A stretch of DNA of 50,220 bases, from positions 1-50,220 of the forward strand of contig DF237507.1 in the NCBI GenBank assembly GCA_000708835.1, in the 5' to 3' direction. The notes below the pieces were generated by a model. It ran no database searches. It was not told the origin of the DNA and saw nothing but the letters and a program-made list of their open reading frames with translations. Below are positions 45,201-50,220 of this stretch, one piece after another. The position numbers and the translations under genes are program-made. This DNA is from Klebsormidium nitens (Eukaryota > Plantae > Klebsormidiophyceae). Positions within the stretch are counted from its first letter, which is position 1; each line of letters opens with the position of its first letter.

Positions 45201-46087
45201 ACAGGACCTCACCGGAGGTGACGTAAGAATTCGGCCTTCGGTGACGCAAACTGACAATCGAACCGACAGACACGAAATTCCAAGACCCATTCATATATGC
45301 GCAGGACCCCCCTTGCAAGAAGGTGGCGGTGGATGGGATCCACGTGGCGCGCTTGTCGTCCATCATGCAGACGTACAACATCCCGCGGTTCGACCTCATG
45401 AAGGTGGACATTGAGGGGGCGGAGTTCCGGGCGTTCAAAGAGCCGAGCATGAAAAGGTGAGAAGGTCGGCCGAAGCAGATAGGGACTTAGCTCGTTTCGG
45501 TTTTCAGCTTCGCTTCTTTCGTCAGAGGGGGCAGCGGTTTGGAGATTTAAAATGAAACCCAAGCAACTAACCTGCTCGTCTTTGAAGGACGAATCGCTTG
45601 TATTGTCGGGCAACATTTCACCAACGCTAGCCTAGTCGTGGCGACGGATTTGCCGGTGACGACATGTGACGTACAACCTGGCGCAGCAACCGGGTGCTCT
45701 TCCTCCACGGCGGTATTGGCCCTTGACCATGGATGGTCAATGGTCTGGGCTATGGGCTGGTTACGAAAGGGTCAACCGTCGATAAAATCTACCGGACTTG
45801 GGCGGTAACCAGCCTTGATATAGGGTTAAAGCTCGGTTATTTGCTCCTTGACTATAGACTCGAATCTGGTAAACAGCCTGGTTAATAGCCAAGATCTCCT
45901 GTGTTTTCTTAGGATACTTTCGGAGACAACCCTGTTCCTAGCGGAGCTCCACGACTGGGTGATCCCCGGGGCGGTGAAGAGCGTGCGCGACGCCTTCCGC
46001 GCGGTCGGCGGCTTCACGCACTTCGCCTACGACGAGAACGACGCGTGGATCAGGACGCGCGCAATCAGCGCGTGCCACGTGGAGTAG
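42232..46087 (+). CDS. FkbM-family (Methyltransf_21) SAM-dependent methyltransferase with N-terminal membrane anchor, 4 exons (42232-42825, 43530-43817, 45305-45456, 45913-46087), 402 aa
   Basis: Motifs IRPNSTDMRSL...ENEYG; ILDAGGVGMAPVFFALLYPQATILRLDPHPSNF; NLGLW; FDLMKVDIEGAE; FLAELHD. Hydrophobic segment LVFFFVALVLGCICLV near the N-terminus. Splice phases are consistent. Confidence 0.85.
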
Positions 46088-47758
46088 CTTGGAACGAGTT
46101 GCGCTCAAGCTGCACCTTAAACTCGCACCCAAGATGTTGCACGGCCAGTCTGCAGCTCATTAGGCGCGAAACTTGCCGAAGTCGACGATATGTCAAGTTC
46201 TCGGCCTTTGTGGGAAGTATCGAAGCATCCGTCGAAAACAACATCTTAGGTACGCGATTAAGGGGCCCGAGCTTGGTCCCATTTTCATATGCGCGCTTCG
46301 CTGGCCCTCGAGAGAAAGAGGAGGGGCTGGATGGAGGCCCCCTTTCCGCTTGAGAAAATCAGGCAGGTCTAGTTACAAGAATTGAGCAAATTTTGTTTGA
46401 GTCGACGTTTCGAATCCCAGGATAGATTGAGTGAGGAATAGTCTTTGCCAGCATCAGCTGGTGTGAGTCAGTCATCTTCGGCTCTACATGTAGGGTAGCG
46501 GACCCGTAGCGGATGACGTAGTCGTGTAACAAAGACGGACTAGCTGACTGCCAAATCGATTTTTCTTAGAGAGTTGCAGCATCAAGGACGCAGTACTCTG
46601 ATCCTGGCTGGTTTTTGCATTCGCTCAACCGCCCCTCCGGTTTTAAGATTGGTCACTTTTTCGACGTCACTGCGACGCATGATGAAACCTGACACTTTGA
46701 ATCATGGCCCATTTTTGAGAGCGGCCAATTATAGAGCGGAACCGTATTGTAGAAAAACCGTATCCTTCGAGAAACAAAACGTGCTGAATCCTCATGCGGT
46801 CTTCCTAAAAGGGGAGCTGTATATTAACACCAGTAGCGATCCTGTAGCATAGCCGTAGACCAAAACCAGTCCCACTCTTATGAACAAGTGCAATCCCGGC
46901 AGTGACGGCAGTCGAGAACCGGGGAGTCCCCAGGGATGTTCTCGTACTCATTTGCTATGGGGCCTCGCGCGATTCCAATCACATTTGAGATCCGGCCCGG
47001 GCCGGTTTGGGCTAAAGTACTTTCTGCCACGCGGCTGGCCGTCGTATGACAGATTCTAGCTCTTCGATCTGGCAATTATCCCTTCTAAATGTCCGAGCTA
47101 CACGAAATCATAGTCCGTCGACTTTTTCATCCCGAATATGTACAGATTATCTCTGCCTGAAAGTCCATTACAGCAGGAACAGAAACAGAACCGATTCCTT
47201 ATGCAAGGCCGGTTTCCGCTTTGCTTGTCAGCGGTGGGTCAAACTACCCGGATTCCGAAGCAGACGAGAATCAAAGTGACAAAGATGCGACTTTCGGCCG
47301 TGCCAGCACATGAATGCAGTTCCGGAAGGGCTAGGTTCAGTAATCTGGCCTCAATCATATCGCCAAGCTTTTTAGATTTGTCACAATCTGTCATGATCCA
47401 AAAGGTAGCAGATCAAAGTGCAAACGCACGAGAGCACATGCACGCGAATAGTTTTTTCCTCTACATTTTTAGTACTTCAAGGTTCGTGTGAACGCATGAT
47501 TTACCAATGTGGGCGGCTCTCATCAGGTCGAGGCCGCCGTTCTGATCTTCTGCGGTCTGCATATCTCATCCTTTCCTCTTGTTTGCATTTTATCGTTTAT
47601 CATGCGCTGGATCTGGGCTGAATATTCCAATTCCTCCACAAAACCGACTTCCTGCAACTCTTTCGTCTCATTCACATACGGCCTTGAAAACTGTCCGCTT
47701 TTCACTACCATGCTAGTCTGGCTACTCTCGAGCTACGTCCAAGAAATCATGTTCCTTC

Positions 47759-48639
47759 TCACAGCCAGCCCCACGAACCGTCCGATTCCACGGCCGAACC
47801 AGCGTCCGACTTTCCATCACCCCCGTTCACAAACTCCCAGTCATAATCCTCGGACTCGTTGATCTCGCCTACCAACAATGCACCCGAGCGACAGGCCTCT
47901 GAATCTTCCACGTCTGGTCTCCGTGCCGGCAACCACTCCTCTTTGCAGACTTCACTCCCGCACTGATCGACGCCAAGGCTCCCGGCCACTCTGACGTCCC
48001 CCTCTCCGTCGCCGCTGACGTCACCCCAATCTTGGCTGACGTCACCTCTCACCGGCCCCACACCGCCTCTCAGTCCACCACCATTCCGAACGGGCACGAC
48101 CCAGTCCGGATCGAAGAAGGACTCGTCCCCGCGAGCGCTTGCGCGCGCCCTTGCCCTTCCCCCGGGACCTGCCCAATAAAAGTTCAATGTAGGTAAAGGA
48201 AGCTTTAGGTAAAGTAAGCCAAGCAGACTGGGAAAGGTCGGGTTAGTTTGGCGGTTAGGGTGGGTCCGACGGGTGCGAAGCGGGTGATTTTGACGGTTGA
48301 GTTTGTAGTGTCAGCCTGGGAGCTTACTATACCCAGAGCTTACTTTACCTGGATCAAAAAGACTTACCTGCCCACCGGCCAGCTCTCGTGGCAGCACCCA
48401 CAGCGCGGCCGCCCGCACTTTCCGGTCTCGTACGAGAAGTTCGTGCGCTTCGGACACAGCGCGTACGCGGCCTCGCCGGATCCCCGGACGCCCGTGGGGT
48501 GCGCGAGCGGGCGGTTGTCGTAAACGATTTGCGTGTACCACTCTTTGGGTTTTGGGTTGATTGGGCTGCCGCCGAGTGGGAAGGAAAAGACGCTGGAGCA
48601 GACGCGGATCCGCCCGCGCTTGAAGCTTTCCCGCCGCAT
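47759..48639 (-). CDS. Paralogue C of the uncharacterised streptophyte family; exon 1 is 48639-48368, exon 2 starts at 48227 (in frame, 246 aa) or 48168 (frameshifted)
   Basis: MRRESFKRGRIR...PKEWYTQ...CPKRTNFSYETGKCGRPRCGCCH...FFDPDWVVPVR...EDYDWEFV. Donor AG|GTAAGT at 48368/48367. Confidence 0.72.
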
Positions 48640-49955
48640 CTGGAAAGCGATTAAAGTGTGCAAAGTGGGGAGTCAGTTTCTTTGCGTGACGAAGATCTTG
48701 CTCGAGAGAAGGGTGTTCCTGTCCCAGCGATACAGAGGACAAGGTGGACTAGTCTCTTTGGATGAAGGCTCAAAAAACCAAAGTATATGAGAGGCTGTTT
48801 CCGAATCCAAGGGCTGATCAAGGGCGCATGTTTGCAGGTTCATGAATGTATTGAGATTTGGACGCCAACGATTGTCACGTATATGCTTCGTCCATTTCAC
48901 CATTCCCCTGCATGTCCAGTTTAACTGCAAGTTTCAGTTGGTGTTCGTAAGGCCAGTCCTACTAAAGGAGATTGAAAAAGTTGTATGCAACAGTTAACTT
49001 CTTAAGGAGGATCCTAAAATGAGGTAGATCTAACAATCGGACAGCACTGATAAAGACGAATAGGCACGCCCGGGGGCTCACTGATCCTGTCACTAAAGGA
49101 AATGGGCCGTCTCGAAGTCAGAGTCTCAAAGATGGATCTGTGTCGGACTGGTACGGACTTGTCTCGTTCCTAGCTGATAATCCTTGTACAGGACTTATAC
49201 TACTGAAAGCCATAAACGGGACCTTTAATCAGAAGTATCTTTTGGATTCAATATAACGGATCACAGAACCTGTCGTGACTCTAGAAACAGATCGTGGAGA
49301 GTCGGTTGGGTCAAACCTAGGCCTGATCAGACTGCAACTTGCCGTGGCTACTAAGGCCTGAAGTATTTGTAAAGTTTTGCCCTGCTATATATTTACGTCA
49401 AACCCAGAGAAATGAAGGGAAGAGATGACGACCCTTTCGACTACTCGACTTCATACACTTGGCAAGGTGGAACAAGTCTGGGTTCCAGCTTGCACATATG
49501 CGTTTGTCATTTGCTGTTTGACGACTCAAGTCCCTGGCAGATCAGCTCATACAGCTCAGAACTCAAACTGCCCAAGAGACTGCACAAAGATTTAAGGCAT
49601 TTTTACTCGCGTTTCAAGCTATGAAGACCGAATAGATCCTAAGCCCATAGGAACTGCCAGTGGGAGTCTTACCTCTCCTCAGCAAACCGGCGCCGCCTGA
49701 CACCGGCCGCGTGCGGCGCCGCAGCGCTCCAATCTGCCCCACTGGAAATCAGTCTGGAAACGTTGCAGGCGCCATTTTCACCGCGCACTGGTCAATCGGC
49801 AGGAGTTGCAGTGAGTTTGATGGCCGTGTTTGCCAGCTTCCGGGACTACATGTGAAGGGCGCTCGAGGAGGAGGAGCTTTCAGCGGTGGGTTTCAAACAA
49901 GCAATCTAGGAGTGAAGCTGAGGAGTGCTTCATCTTGTATCTCTGACGCATCTAC

Positions 49956-50115
49956 CTAGGGCAGGCTCCGCGTAACAGGGACGTGACCGCAGTTCACGAA
50001 GCCTGCGCAGGTCAAGGTACGCGACCACGCGGCCGCCCAGGCGAGGGCGCGCGTCGTGCAGGGTTTGGACAGCAGCTGAACACTTGCGCCGTTTTTGGTC
50101 GAAAACCGGCATACC
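49956..50115 (-). CDS. Possible internal exon of a gene extending beyond the window
   Basis: Open frame with GC-rich third codon positions (GMPVFDQKRRKCSAAVQTLHDARPRLGGRVVAYLDLRR...), bounded by CCCCAG| and |GTAGAT. No partner exon or family was found. Confidence 0.25.
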
Positions 50116-50220
50116 CTGGGGGCCAAAAACAAGCGGGGAGGGTGCCGGGGATGTTAAACGGCACGTCACGGCAGGACTGCAACCTTTATTGATAGGGCCC
50201 ACGCCGGTAAGCATGCTTTT

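Noticed and set aside
45095-45225. Repeated TTACCTCAC(C) motif in FkbM intron 2
   Set aside because: Only a few short imperfect copies without termini; treated as ordinary intronic low complexity.
46380-46430. TTCGAATCCC T-loop-like motif (similar one at about 39443) suggesting tRNA genes
   Set aside because: No acceptor stem, D-arm or anticodon arm can be folded around either site.

Overview
Intron-rich eukaryotic genomic DNA with GT-AG introns and plant-lineage gene families. The gene set and style suggest a streptophyte green alga such as Klebsormidium; this is an inference. I rebuilt gene models by hand from splice sites and reading-frame phase. They are: a DUF3537-family membrane protein (-, 8 exons), a plant mitochondrial TatB-like subunit (+), NUP50 (-), JMJD5/JMJ30 (+), a Pol-beta-fold nucleotidyltransferase-like protein resembling giant-virus/fungal proteins (+), an F-box/kelch gene broken by a 5-bp duplication (+), an FkbM-type methyltransferase with an N-terminal membrane anchor (+), and three dispersed paralogues of an uncharacterised streptophyte family (MRRxGxKHGR...KPTN...GKC..C..CH). 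There are two non-autonomous TIR elements: a 1.35-kb CAC...GTG element and a 451-bp Tourist/Harbinger-like MITE with a TAA target-site duplication. The most unusual structure is a set of 'echo' copies of exon edges, each with its splice site, stacked in introns, including an array of seven near-identical 3' splice sites. All family assignments rest on recalled motifs; no database search was run. No rRNA, tRNA or CRISPR array is supported.
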